A DNA stretch of 63,685 nucleotides from Octopus bimaculoides (lineage: Eukaryota). The DNA lies in contig NC_068982.1 of assembly GCF_001194135.2 (NCBI RefSeq), positions 135,969,646 to 136,033,330 of the forward strand, given 5' to 3'. The notes beneath the pieces are model-generated. The model searched no databases and was not told the DNA's origin. It saw nothing but the letters and a program-made list of their open reading frames with translations. Made by a program: the position numbers and the translations under genes. Positions 24,830-37,898 of the stretch are shown here, piece by piece; the stretch's first letter is position 1; every line of letters begins with the position of its first letter.

Positions 24830-25207
24830 GCATATTACTCTACCACCAGTAGTCGAGTACAATTTTTACTACCTTGTTTCACATTTATGTGCTTCCTCTA
24901 GTATACACACACACACACACTCACATACACATATACATATATATATATATACATACATATATATATATANNNNNNNNNNNNNNNNNNNNNNNNNNNNNNN
25001 NNNNNNNNNNNNNNNNNNNNNNNNNNNNNNNNNNNNNNNNNNNNNNNNNNNNNNNNNNNNNNNNNNNNNNNNNNNNNNNNNNNNNNNNNNNNNNNNNNNN
25101 NNNNNNNNNNNNNNNNNNNNNNNNNNNNNNNNNNNNNNNNNNNNNNNNNNNNNNNNNNNNNNNNNNNNNNNNNNNNNNNNNNNNNNNNNNNNNNNNNNNN
25201 NNNNNNN

Positions 25208-25247
<40 letters not shown>

Positions 25248-26020
25248 CATGTATGTATGTATGTATATGAACATACATATATGGTGGGATAGTTATCACT
25301 GAAATTAAGTAGTGTAATGCAATTCATGTGCTATATGAAAATCGAAATATATTTTACGTATGACTTCACGTGCTGTTTAGTAATGCCAGTCCATATTTTA
25401 TATAACTTGCAAGATATATAAATACGCTCATATCAATGTGCTATACTTTAACTGATTCATGTATAGAAAATGTGTTACAGAGTATGTAAAAGCTTTGTAG
25501 TTCTTTAATTTTTTTAAAGAACGATCGCATGATGCAAACGTTTATTATACCGATACGTATGAAAAATAATAATAAAATTTTAAAAGAATAGAAATCAGAC
25601 AGAAAAAATAAGTAAATAAAGAATAGTACTGCCTTGAAATTCTATATTGCTGTATTCTCAATACGTGACGGCATGTACATGGTGTCTACAGATAAAAAAA
25701 ATCAGAAAAAACTCCTCATGGCAATTGTTAAGGCCATTGTCTAGTTCAGCTCATTTCTTCCATAAACTTTGCAGCAGCAGTAATACAGAATATCCAATAC
25801 AGAACATAGACGATAGGAATCCATGTCACAAAGCATTACAGGAAATGGTTGACATTCAAAAGAAAGTATTTCAGTAACGACTAACCATAACTACAATGGA
25901 GACAGTGAGTTTCGCCGTTGCCTCTGTTGCAAATTAGGTCACGTGCTATTGCTGTTTTAGTCTTCATTCAATCAGCAGGCATGTAGTCGTCGGCGTTCAG
26001 TTTTAAATAAGCCGCTAAAT

Positions 26021-26272
26021 CGGTGGTTCTCAACTGAGATCTATACAGCCCTTGGGTATTCCCCAAAACACTTTTTTTGGTAAAATTTCTGTGCACTAAA
26101 TTAGTTGTATTTCTACAACACACAAAATATATGAACAATATTTTGATACAATTTAGAATGTTTCATTATCAAAATCTAAAACGATGCTTTAAACATTGAA
26201 TGGCTATGAGGGTCGATCCAAGTAAAACAGGAATCATTGGAGTCCACTAGCAGAAGATGGTTGACAAACAGT
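26021..26272. mobile_element. decayed hAT/Charlie-type MITE
   Basis: Left end cggtggttctcaac (CAGTGGTTCTCAAC-like) and degenerate right end atggttgacaaacagt; about 250 bp, non-coding. Confidence 0.55.
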
Positions 26273-26922
26273 ACACTAAACGAAGCATCACGGTGTAGTT
26301 TCGTATTGATATCACGTCATGTATGTGTTAATCTTTCCTAATAAAAACGATTTTATACATTTCACCCGGCCTAGTCGATAACATCTAGCGACACTACCAT
26401 TGATATTTCTCTTTTTTTTTTTTGCTTGTTTCAATGTGTATCATACCAACGATGCGTTCTACCAGGTAAAACTCTTTTCAGTACTCTGTATGTATTCTAA
26501 ATAGACCACGAGCGTATCATTATGGGGCTCAGACGTTTTGGCCCAGCCATTTTAACGACGCTGAGTCGACATTGACTTATTTGACTTCAGACGACTTAGT
26601 TGGCTCTTTTTGACTCTGCCTCTGTTCCTCTCTTCTTCTTCTTCTTCTTCTTCTCTCAGTTTGTGTGTATGTAGAGTGGAGAAAGTGCTTGTAACAATCA
26701 TGTTCAATTAATAAATTGTAATGAATTGCTCTTTCCCACCCCCTCTTTCTCTCACTATTTCTATCTATATGCATATATTTTCCTGCACGCGTGTCTCTGT
26801 ATGTGTGTGTGTATGTGCACGTCCTTGTGTCTGTGTGTGTGTGTATTTGTATGTATGTATGTAAGTATGTATGTGTGCTTGTGGGCGCGTGTGCGGTGCG
26901 TATTTGTATTTTTGTGTGTGTA

Positions 26923-26962
<40 letters not shown>

Positions 26963-28083
26963 CGAACCTCCTTCTCCAAAACCTAACATCACTAAAACAG
27001 TCTGAATGTCCAGTGAGTCATACCAAATCATCAGCATCCAGACAAGCACATTAACTCGCTCCATGCTTTGTCACGTTGTCATGTTGTCACACTGATGTCA
27101 GTTAAAAAGACACGAAACCGTGACTAGCGAAGCTAATTTAAATGTCATGGAGTTAAAATCTATCTGTATGCTGCAATACACTCTAACATGAAACGAATAT
27201 GGATAACAATGTCTCATTACATGATTTAATGCAACAACGTGTAAAGACTCACTAGCATTTTATTTTGCATTTCAAACGTACAGTATAAACGGAAAAATGC
27301 TTATTAACTTGAGGTGACTGCTGAAAGAGGGCGATATCTTAAGTCACCATCCTTTGAAGATATTGCAATATCTTGAAATTGCTTCCGCAGTTCCAGCGTG
27401 CAGCATGGCATCTCCCATGTTTATTTCACCTATTTCAGTTACGAGCATCTTTACTTATACATAACACAAACTTGCAATCTTTAGAGTAGACATTATATTT
27501 CTGGATTGGGTGGTCGTATTTCCGTTACTACGGGCATGTGCGGAGAATTAGAGGGGATAAAATCATAGAATAGATCTCACAAGCAAGGTTAATTGGTAGA
27601 CAATAAAAGTGAGGGGAATGAGGTGTGTGGATAATATTCATAGCCTCAATTAGTTCCCTTGAAGATCAAGCCGGATCGGTTGCTGTTGGCAGCTGCTAGT
27701 GTTAACCTTTGGACGTTGTGTCAGAGGGTTCTGCTCCATAAGCCCCAAAAGAATAAGTAGGCGATGAAAGTGAATGGATGGATGGGTATATTTAATATTC
27801 ATTCGTGAATAAGGGCATTTCTATCTATAATATATGCAACATACCTGGAACGAATACGATTTCATAAATATATGCACACTTCTTTCTCTTTCACTCTCTT
27901 TCTGCTCGCATACATACATACATACATACATACATACATACATGCATACGTACATACGTGCATACGTGCATGTATTCATACATGTATGTATTTATGTGTA
28001 TACATTGGGCACAAAATGAAGAAAACATTGGGAGAAGAGTTTGAGCAAATTTATTAGTTTAACCTTTAAAACAATGGATTGTA

Positions 28084-28120
28084 TTTTGACGTTTCAGGCG
28101 CCAAATCTTCATCAGAAAAA
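28084..28120 (-). ncRNA. minimal type I hammerhead-like motif
   Basis: tttt-CTGATGA-AG-atttggcgc-CT-GAAA-CG-TC-aaaa: intact core strands and GUC triplet, weak stems. Confidence 0.45.
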
Positions 28121-30932
28121 ATAAAAGATCAAGATGTTCATATGTATGCATTCGCATACATATAAATACTGGCACTTACACACAGAAAAACACACACATA
28201 TATTTGTATATATATGCATATATAAATCTATACACACCAAGGCCAGCACGCGTACAGACGCATATATGCATGCATCGTATGAGATTCTGTGTTTGCACGC
28301 ATACGAATGTTTGCATAAATCATTTTCTACCCTGTACAGTATTTATTTTCTTCTCCACGTCCTTCGAACCACACGCAAACAAACATACATCGCTCCACAC
28401 ATAAACATAAATGCATTCACCCGAAGACATGCTTTTGCATACACACTTAAAAAGAAATTACGCATGCTAAAAAGTCACTCACCCTTAACACATACATCTA
28501 TTTGTACAGACGGAAACATCGGTTGATAATACATGAATTTCTCCTATTTGATGAATATTACATCCTAACCTTGAATGACGTGGACGCCTCCATTTTTTCA
28601 AGAATGCAGATAGTGTTCATCTTTCAGTTACATTTCTATTCATATTCCCTCTTTTTTAATCGTTTCCTTCTCAATTGATCATTCTTTTCAATTAGCTTTA
28701 ATGTTAATTAAAGAAAATATTTTACTATTTGTATTTTATTGTTTTAGCATCTAAAATTTGCTCAGCAGTCTTGCCAGTTTCCTTCACTAGAATTTCAATA
28801 CTTCTTTCTAGTTTTTCATTATACAAAAGTCACGATCTTCAACATAATTTAGGTTACGTTACTCTTTCAAGTAAGATTTACTGCGTGATTCGGATTTTTT
28901 AAAATATCATTTTTTACGACTTTTAAGACATTTCTATGATTTCGTTGCAAATAATATTGTATATACTAAACTTCCAGCCTGTGTAATCCTAAAACATTCC
29001 CTTTCTTACAAATTAGCATATTAATGTTTCGTTTATGGACCTAACTCGAAACCATAGGATGTTGATAATACATACAGAGTTGAGTAGTAATCGCAATTTA
29101 TAACATTTATGTAGAATTTGACAAATCATTTTGAAGTAAAATTTAAATAAGATAATTGCTTGGTATCAGAGAGTCAATATGTTGTGATCAAAGTTTATAT
29201 AATTTCTCTTGACTATCTTTAAGATATTGCATTTTATAGGGAAGGAGAAATATCTGGTGGTGACGTTTACGTCTTTTTCTTCATGGGAATTTAATGGCGT
29301 AAGTGAAATGAAAATGTTTTAAATAAGAATGGAAATAGTATCACATAGTTGGGTGCTGACTCTATGGTTCTTGAAACACAGGAATATATAACTAATTATC
29401 TTACTGTATCCATCTCAAAGTGAATAAATTTTATGTTGACATCCACAGTACTTAAAAGCAGGATTTTAATGCTGCCAGCTATGTTTCTTGTGATGAATAC
29501 ACCTAGATATGCAGTTTTAGTGCAAAGTAAATAAAAGTTTCTTTTAAAGACAAGATTAAAATAAAGTTTAGCTTCGATAAATAAAAATTTCATCCTCGAA
29601 TGAAAAGTTAAAAAGTATATAATTAGCTTACAATAGAATGAACTAGAATAGCTGTTATCTTAAGCTATCACTCTGATTTCTTACCAATGTCTGCTCTCAG
29701 TATTTCAAGTGATGTATTCTTTATATCACTACACTAGTTCAAAAAAACAAAGGCGTATACGAAAATACCCGTATGTTATAAATTAAAATCTATCAACACA
29801 CTAACTCGGTGATGTTTCATTTTTTGCTTTGTTTTGCTCGTGTTTTATCCTGATATTTTTAGACTGCTAACGTATAGTAAAGCAAGATTTACCGATAATA
29901 GTCTACATGCGATTCGTTTATTATCATCTTGTCTCCTGAAGGGTTGAAAGGAAGAAAAATTTATGGGGAAATGGAATTTAATTCCTAGTTCAGTCCCTTG
30001 TTAGACATATATCGAGCTATATTTCTCCGTGCTGTTATCTTGATGAAAATAAAAGCCAGTGAAATCGACCTCTGGCTTGGTCAGAGTAAAATATATGCTG
30101 ACATAGAAGAATATATTTTAAATTTGAACATAGTTTTAGTCGTCTCTCCTACAACATAGCTTAAAGGTATATTTTCTCAGCAATGACTACAAAGATATTG
30201 AAGACAAAAAATATTGTAGTGACTATCCGAATAAAGACAGAAATTACGACATAACAAATAGAAAACCTTTCATGTGGCATAATTCCTCAATAAGTTCGTT
30301 CATTTCACTCTGTAGCATATAATATAACGCATTTATTTGAATACTGCGGATAGTAAACTTTCAAATATTTACACAGCAGTTAAAAAATGCTTTGATGTAA
30401 ATGCAAGTATAGTGAGGTATAAAATTGATTGATTGATATAATAAATATACTGTTATGCTTTAAATGTATGAAATTTAGAGCAGTTTTCTGGCACATCATA
30501 TCCATCTTTTCCTGCTAAACTTAAAACCAATGGTGATCTTGATGATATTCTCCTAATGGAAATATTGGATTAAAGATATTAGATTAAAGAAAAGTTTTTT
30601 TCTTTATTATTTTTATTTTATTGCAAACTATTACGTATGAAATATTAAGATCCCCCTCGACATTCTAAGTCCTTGGAAAATATTTCAATCAAGTTCATTC
30701 AAATTCAAGGAAAGATAACATAGTACTACTTATTTTCAGAATACTACGATAACGCATATGGTTTTAATTGAAATTATTACTACATTGATTTAAAATCAAA
30801 TACGATTGAAACACATACGTTCAAAACAACTGCCTTAAGATAGCAAATCAGATTAAATAAATAGGTCTGTCTAACGAGACAAAAATGTATCTGTCTAACC
30901 AGATAAAGTGTTTCTCACTTTGAATTTTAATT

Positions 30933-31130
30933 CTAGTTTGGCACAATGCCGCAATTTTAGAGGAGAGGTAAGTTAAATAAAACTGCCGCAAATTTCACCT
31001 GTTACGTATTTTATCTATTTCAAAAGTATGAGAGGCAAAATCGACCTCAGCTGACAAATCATGATGAGTTGAAAGAAATGCCTCTATGCAGTTTTTCCGA
31101 TGCGCTAACGCGCCTGCCAGGTCACCACCT
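30933..31130 (-). mobile_element. diverged SINE family C variant
   Basis: ttggcacaa.gcc.gcaatttt...ggcaaaatcgacctc...gcgctaac...tgccaggtc.cc.cctt, as at 46300-46475. Confidence 0.65.
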
Positions 31131-32020
31131 TAAGATACCGCTATTAAATTTACTTAGGACTCCTGGAAAATTTGCGGTTTCACAAAGTGAATTTAAGTAT
31201 TTTATTCTTGTATATAACTGCTTCAGAACACATTCGTGTCACCTGTTAAATTTTATAAAATATATGCAAGTAGAATATTCAGATTAATTAAGCTATGTTC
31301 TTTAATGTCAGATCTTTAATATACTTGCGACATGGCTTCAGAAAAGAACCCACGCGATACTGAATTTAATAATAATACGGCAACAATGCAAAAACTTTTG
31401 CGGAGAGGAAAGCCTTTTTTTTCTGCCGACGGCTTATATGCCCCTTGATTGGACTGTTTTTTTTAGACATTGCACGGTGATCTCCATAAGCTTAAGCTTA
31501 TATAAAAATGCCATTATTATTATTTACAGGATTGTAAACTCGGCGCCGTAAAAAACAAAAAAAAACAAAAAAACATTCGCACCGAAAGCGTATATTTTAC
31601 TATATATATATTACTATCGTAAATATGAGGGTAATAAATCCAAATGATTTAATACCAGTGGTTAGCATGCATAAATAAAAGTCATAAGAAAACATACTTT
31701 TAGAAGTATAAGAGAGTATAAGATATTTTTATAGACAAAGAGGTGAAGACCTTTGACAGAACTCCTTACATGTTAAAAAGAGCAGTCAAAAACCAAACCA
31801 CGGAAAAGAGAACTGATCTGGCACGCCGTTATAACACTAAGACGAAAAAAAAAATTATGAGGCTATAGAGGATACAGTTCCAAATTTCTTTATTTACTGC
31901 TGGACTATAAAAATTACGCTCGCGCACTAAATTCGAATCCTTAATGGATAAAAATGTAGCTGTCTTGCGCACGTGTTTTCGGTACGTATTTGCAACTACA
32001 TATTTATTCATTAATTACCG

Positions 32021-32092
32021 ATTCCGCTGATGAGCTACAGATTCCGCTGATTAGTTTATTTGGTTATTAATAGCGAAACTCGAGCTACGGAT
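32021..32092 (+). ncRNA. near-canonical minimal type I hammerhead ribozyme motif with internal 20-nt duplication
   Basis: attccg-CTGATGA-GCTA-(loop)-TAGC-GAAA-CTCGAG-C-TA-cggat: stem I TCCG/CGGA, stem II GCTA/TAGC, palindromic stem III region. Confidence 0.6.
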
Positions 32093-32724
32093 TAACCAAT
32101 TTATCTTTCTTTTCGTTCCTTCTATTGTTATAACGGCATACCTCATGAATTCTCTTTTTCGTGGTTTGGGATTTAACTGGCCTTTCTAGCATCTAATGAG
32201 TCCTCTCAGTGGTGACCTCTTTGTGCATAAAAGATATTTTATACAATCTTATACATATGTACTTTCCACTGTATGTTAAGCACGTAAGGAGGCAATTGAC
32301 TTTGAGAGATCAGTGTATCAGCTAGCCTTTATGAATATTTCCCCATCAAATGAATGGCAATACGCCGGTAACGAACCTTTTTTTAATTGGGACTCATTAA
32401 AATCATTTAATTTTATATCACATTTCGAAGCTTCCCAAGCAGCAATAAATTGCAATTCGCTTGTCTTAATTTGGCCTAAAGACTTTCCATGTTTCTCCAT
32501 AGTTTGATTATCATTTAAATGAACATCTATTCGCAATGCATCTGTAAGTGACTTCGCTTACATTTTGTGGCGTTTTGTTTTTGCCTTTTAGTAAGAAAAA
32601 ACGATGATATAACAAAGTGGGTGATACATCATACAATATTCGGGCATATAAGAATCTGTAAGTATTATGTCATTGCAGCTTTTCATACTGTAATGCTTAA
32701 ATGTAGTCCCTGCCGTGTCCACAA

Positions 32725-32726
32725 AG

Positions 32727-32776
<50 letters not shown>

Positions 32777-32912
32777 CCAACTTACCTTCCTACCTACCTA
32801 CCTACCTACCTACCTCCCTACATACCTACCTAATTACCTACCTACCTACCTACCTACCTACCTACCTACCTACCTACCTACCTACCTGCCTGTGTGTGTG
32901 TGTGTGTGTGTG
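32725..32912. repeat. compound (TCTA)n(CCTA)n(TG)n microsatellite
   Basis: Direct inspection. Confidence 0.95.
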
Positions 32913-33343
32913 TAAGAGAGGGAGAGTGAAATTTAGATAATTCCTACGGTCATTTCACCACCATTGTTGCTTGTAACCCTGCGCTGGGTGGTGCAAGTGC
33001 ATTTGAATTATTAACCGGAACGGATAATCAGAGGTAGCTTTATTGCATTAAGTAATAGAAAACTATTTTCAAGAGCTGGATATTTGACGAGACATTATAT
33101 AAATATTTTAAAAGGAGAGCAACTAGTGAGAGCTGGAAAAAAGAGAAAATTGAAAGAGGGACAGAAAAGACAAATAGGGAATAAAATGAGCAAGAGAAAG
33201 AGGTAGAAAAAAACCATGAAAGGATTGGAGAGGAAACTTAGGATGGGGAATAATTAGAAATATGGACACATATACACACATGATACAATTTAAGCACGTA
33301 TATGTATATAAACATATCTATATATTATGCATACTATCATATG

Positions 33344-33376
<33 letters not shown>

Positions 33377-33407
33377 ATTTATATAAAGGGCATTATTACA
33401 GAAAATA

Positions 33408-33517
33408 ATAACGCCACACAGTGGACTTCTCAAAATAACCACATTTAGTACTTAATGCGAGGTACTAAATGTGGTACTAAATGTGGTTATTTTGAGAAGT
33501 CCACTGTGTGGCGTTAT
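33408..33517. repeat. perfect 44-bp inverted repeat abutting an N gap
   Basis: 33408-33451 is the exact reverse complement of 33474-33517. Confidence 0.92.
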
Positions 33518-33678
33518 NNNNNNNNNNNNNNNNNNNNNNNNNNNNNNNNNNNNNNNNNNNNNNNNNNNNNNNNNNNNNNNNNNNNNNNNNNNNNNNNNNN
33601 NNNNNNNNNNNNNAGAGAGAGAGAGAGAGAGAGAGAAAGGGACAAATTTACACATATGCACATATGTATGGCATGAAT

Positions 33679-33721
<43 letters not shown>

Positions 33722-33756
33722 CATACATATATATTCATACATACGTACATAATATA

Positions 33757-33790
<34 letters not shown>

Positions 33791-33792
<2 letters not shown>

Positions 33793-33830
33793 TTGGGTCA
33801 TCCCAATGCGGCTTTTTCAACTGCATAAAC
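33791..33830 (+). mobile_element. mariner-like TIR fragment
   Basis: TA-TTGGGTCATCCC...AATGCGG.TTTTTC resembles mariner termini; no partner TIR found. Confidence 0.4.
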
Positions 33831-33839
33831 TAAATGTCA

Positions 33840-35360
33840 GAGGGGGGGGGACGGGATAACTTACTTGCATCAGCTTGCTATAAAACCAGGTAGTAATTTT
33901 AGTTTTACTTATTCTTAGTACAAGTTTGTCGTCTGGTGAGTTAACGTTTATTTGAAGTTTGATTATTGATTGAAGTAGCTGTTATTTGAATCATTGTTGT
34001 TTTGTGCTGCTTTAGCAGCCGTTTCGATTTGTGCTTTCTCTCGATTTCATCGAGAGATAACTCTGGCTAAAAGTTATTTTTATTCGGACCTTAGTGGTTC
34101 TGAATTGTCCTCTTCGGGGGACGAAATGGTTATTGCAATCGAAAAGATGGATGAATTACTGAAAAAGAAGAAATTCGCTGAAGCGACAGAAGTAAAAGAA
34201 GAAAGAGGTGGCCCTTGGCAAATATCAAAAGAGACGAAAAAATGGCATGCGAAGTGGGTGGTGACATTAGGTTGTCACCACCCCAGACAGAAATAGAAGA
34301 AATTAATAGATATACAAAGTCTACTCGGTACAGAAATGAAACATCGAACACATGGAAGAGGGAATTTTAGAAAAGGCATTATGTTCAGTCTGGCCAGACA
34401 TTCCGTACCTGGCCAGAGAGAATAAATACGGAACTATCATAGACCACTCCAAAACAGAAGAAAACGCAAGGGAAAACGCGGTAAAAACAATAAAGACGGA
34501 TAAGGTGGTCCTTCTACCAACTTAAAATTCGAAGAAGGACGTCAAAGATAAAGGTGGAGGGAAATTCAGCGGAAATTGATGTGGCTTGGGTCGTGGCAGT
34601 AGTTCTCCTGCAAAGTGGAGAAGAAGTAGCCGTCCTCCAAGCCACAAAAACGGACGGCTCGGTTTGGAGAGGCCAAGCGTTGGAACTAATCGTTCAGGCT
34701 GAACTGGAGACACTAGAAAATTTTGCAGAGAAGGTATGGCTAGAAGACTTGGGTTTGAAAGTGCGGGTGGAGGGAAGGACTCCGCGTTGTTTTAAATGTG
34801 GCCAAAAAGGCCACATTAGTGCACACTGCCGTCAGCAGAAGCAGACAGAAGAAAGGATACTGGAAAAGAAGTAAGAAGTGGAAAAAGAAAAACAGGAAGA
34901 AAGAGAAGATGAATGGAAGATTGCTGAAGGAAAAAAGGAAGCAAAAAAAGGAAGCGAAAAAAGGAACAGTATATTGTGGAACCCCAAACTATACCCACCC
35001 TATCTATACCCTCTGCGAACCACCCCTCCCTATAGACACCGAACCCACCCTTCCCCTCCTACACTAGCAAAAAAGAAACACATGCACAACAAGGAACAGA
35101 GAGTCCCATTCCCCACGAAGTGAATTACGTTTATATATCGACAAACAAGGAAAACACAGAACTAATTCAAAAAGTAAAAAAGCTGGAAAACTGCTAGATT
35201 TGTGAACACTGAAAAATATCATGAAATACTAAGGTGGCACATGTGTGTTCTGATCCCAGAAGGACAAATGGAGGAAATCAAAAAATATAAAAAGGGTGTG
35301 AAAATGTGGAAAATACACGAGGACATAGAAAAAATTACCGGACAACATTGAATGTAAGGT
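33840..35360 (+). mobile_element. decayed retroelement ORF1/gag-like region with CCHC zinc knuckle
   Basis: ORF 34554-34874 ends VEGRTPRCFKCGQKGHISAHC (CX2CX4HX4C), followed by a Lys/Glu-rich tail; flanking frames are broken. Confidence 0.7.
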
Positions 35361-36326
35361 TCTGCTGGAAAAATATGGAATCTACGTGAAGAAAGGATTC
35401 CAAAGGAGTAGCTGACGCTGCTTGTGGTGGGGTAGGCCGCTCATTTCCATTTTTTCATATAATTTTCATTTCATATTATCATTTTTATAATTTTATTTGT
35501 AATTTCATTTTAAGGTTTGTGTTATATGTCCCAACATGTCTTTGTGTTGTCCCATTTATGTTGGCCCCTAGAAACATAAAGAACGACTCTTCATCAGTTG
35601 TCTGCTGTTTTATCCACTCCACATTTCGAGAACATCACGACAAGTTGCGTCTTTGGGAAACAGTAGTTCTCGCAAACCAAAATGAAATTTGGAATTTGCG
35701 TAGGGTCAAATTTGGTAACAAAAACAGGACAGTGAAAATAAACAGAAAGGGCTGCTAAGCCATATATATNNNNNNNNNNNNNNNNNNNNNNNNNNNNNNN
35801 NNNNNNNNNNNNNNNNNNNNNNNNNNNNNNNNNNNNNNNNNNNNNNNNNNNNNNNNNNNNNNNNNNNNNNNNNNNNNNNNNNNNNNNNNNNNNNNNNNNN
35901 NNNNATATATATATATATATATATACATATGTATATATATAACAATAAATGGAGCAAAACGCATGTCGATGAAAGTTCCTGTAATTCCTACATATATGTT
36001 TCGAAGCAAGTGAGGGCCAATTCACAAAAAGTGAAAGGGTTGCTGGAAAAATCACTTGTTTCTCATCAGGGAGAACATAAAACATTTAGTAGCAAGACAA
36101 AAACGAAATGATGTGGTAACTTACGAGCTGAGATGTTACATGGTCAGTGACCGTTAGAAGGTTTGTTTACATAGAGTTATGACGGGGTAACCGATATTAT
36201 TTCACGGGCTTTAGGCATTAGAGCGCTAGTTTACATAGAAATATAAAGGGAGGGTGTTATTGATGTGATGCTAAAGGTTGTGGTCAAGGAGTTATTCGGT
36301 TGGGTGAGGGGAGATAATTAAAGTGA

Positions 36327-36658
36327 GTGTTTACATATTTGTCTGCTAGCGTGCAGACACCTATTTACAAACACGTGCGTGTACGCATATACACATATAC
36401 ATATGCGCATACCCATTTGTACATACCCACATACCCACATACACCCATACACGTACACACACACACACCCACACTGACACCTCCACATGCACATATGTAC
36501 ACACACGCTCACCTATACATACGTGCCTGTAACTATACCTACTTTCCTGTATATGTACAAACATGCAAGTATCCACACCCGCACACTCTTACATACGTAT
36601 ACACGCACGCACACATGCATGTATATATGCATGTACACCTACATATGCGCCTACATTT

Positions 36659-36735
<77 letters not shown>

Positions 36736-37200
36736 TATATAAACATACACCCACGCTCCTACATCCTAACGCACCCACACACATGCCCCGTGCTCGTATG
36801 TGTGCGCCCATATATACCCATACATTCATTTGCTTATGTGTACCTACCCGTTCTCGCATATACACACAAACACAAGCACCCTCCCCCCACACCACATATC
36901 GAGACCTTTGCCAATACATGTGCTCATACACGCGCGCCTTAACTTGCTTGCCTGTCTATATACATACCTTCCTGTATATATACAGACGTGCCAATACTCA
37001 CACATGCACTTACCTACATATGCACGCATGCACATACCCACACGTACACGCATTTGTATATATTTGCACACACTTGTATGTATGCATAAGTATACACCCA
37101 TAATCCTACCTACACATACACATTCACACACCCACACACGCCCACCCTCACATGCACTCACAAACACACGTATACATGTATGTACCCAAAAACACACACA
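36327..37200. repeat. degenerate (CA)/(TA)-rich cryptic simple repeat
   Basis: Alternating purine-pyrimidine sequence; source of the His/Thr/Tyr-rich ORFs. Confidence 0.9.
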
Positions 37201-37337
37201 TGTGTTTTGTTTAAGGCTATAAAAAATAATAATACGATTAATACCACACTGATAACTATTAACGTATTCAAATTATCGAAAGTTTCTATAACTGAGATAA
37301 TATTAATACACATAAAATAATATATATATATGTATAT

Positions 37338-37490
37338 ATGGAGGCGCCTGGCTCTGTGATCAGAGTGTCAGGTTCACAGTTATGAGATATTGAGTTCGAT
37401 GTTGTGTCTTCGTAAGACCGACACTTTATTTCGCGTTGCTCCAGTTTCCTCATCTGTACAAATGAGTTGCGACATCACTGGTGTTGCTTC
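37338..37490 (+). mobile_element. diverged tRNA-headed SINE (family D)
   Basis: ggaggcgcctggctctgtgatcagagtgtc...gagttcgat head, followed by acactttatttcgcgttgctccagt...aaatgagt. Confidence 0.6.
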
Positions 37491-37713
37491 ATGGTGAACA
37501 TACGTCCTTGACAAAAAAGTTTGTATCGCGGAATTGAGTCGCTGTCTTCAGAGACAGAAAATAATTGATTCTCCAACCATTACTAATTGTCTAGAGAGCT
37601 CATATGAAAGAATTATGCTGCAGCATATTGTTGTTCGTTCCTACTTCAGCCATTTCTGCGCTCATAAAGGTCGGTTTTCCGGCTTCATTGGCGATCCATC
37701 GCAGGTGCGCTGC

Positions 37714-37898
37714 TAGATTCAGCAGGAAAGAGTGAGAGAAAGTTGTAGCGTAAGAAGCAGCAGCAGTTCGCCATTACCTTTTGCCAGAGCCATGTGGAGC
37801 TTAGGTGTTTCGCTCATAAACACACACATCACCCGGTCTGAGATTCGAACCCTCGATCCCTCGACCGCGAGTCTAACCACTAGGCCACGTGCCTCCAC
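37714..37898 (-). mobile_element. SINE family B, 5' half
   Basis: agtgagagaaagttgt...ggagcttaggtgtttcgctc...taaccactaggcca matches 20880-21066. Confidence 0.8.
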
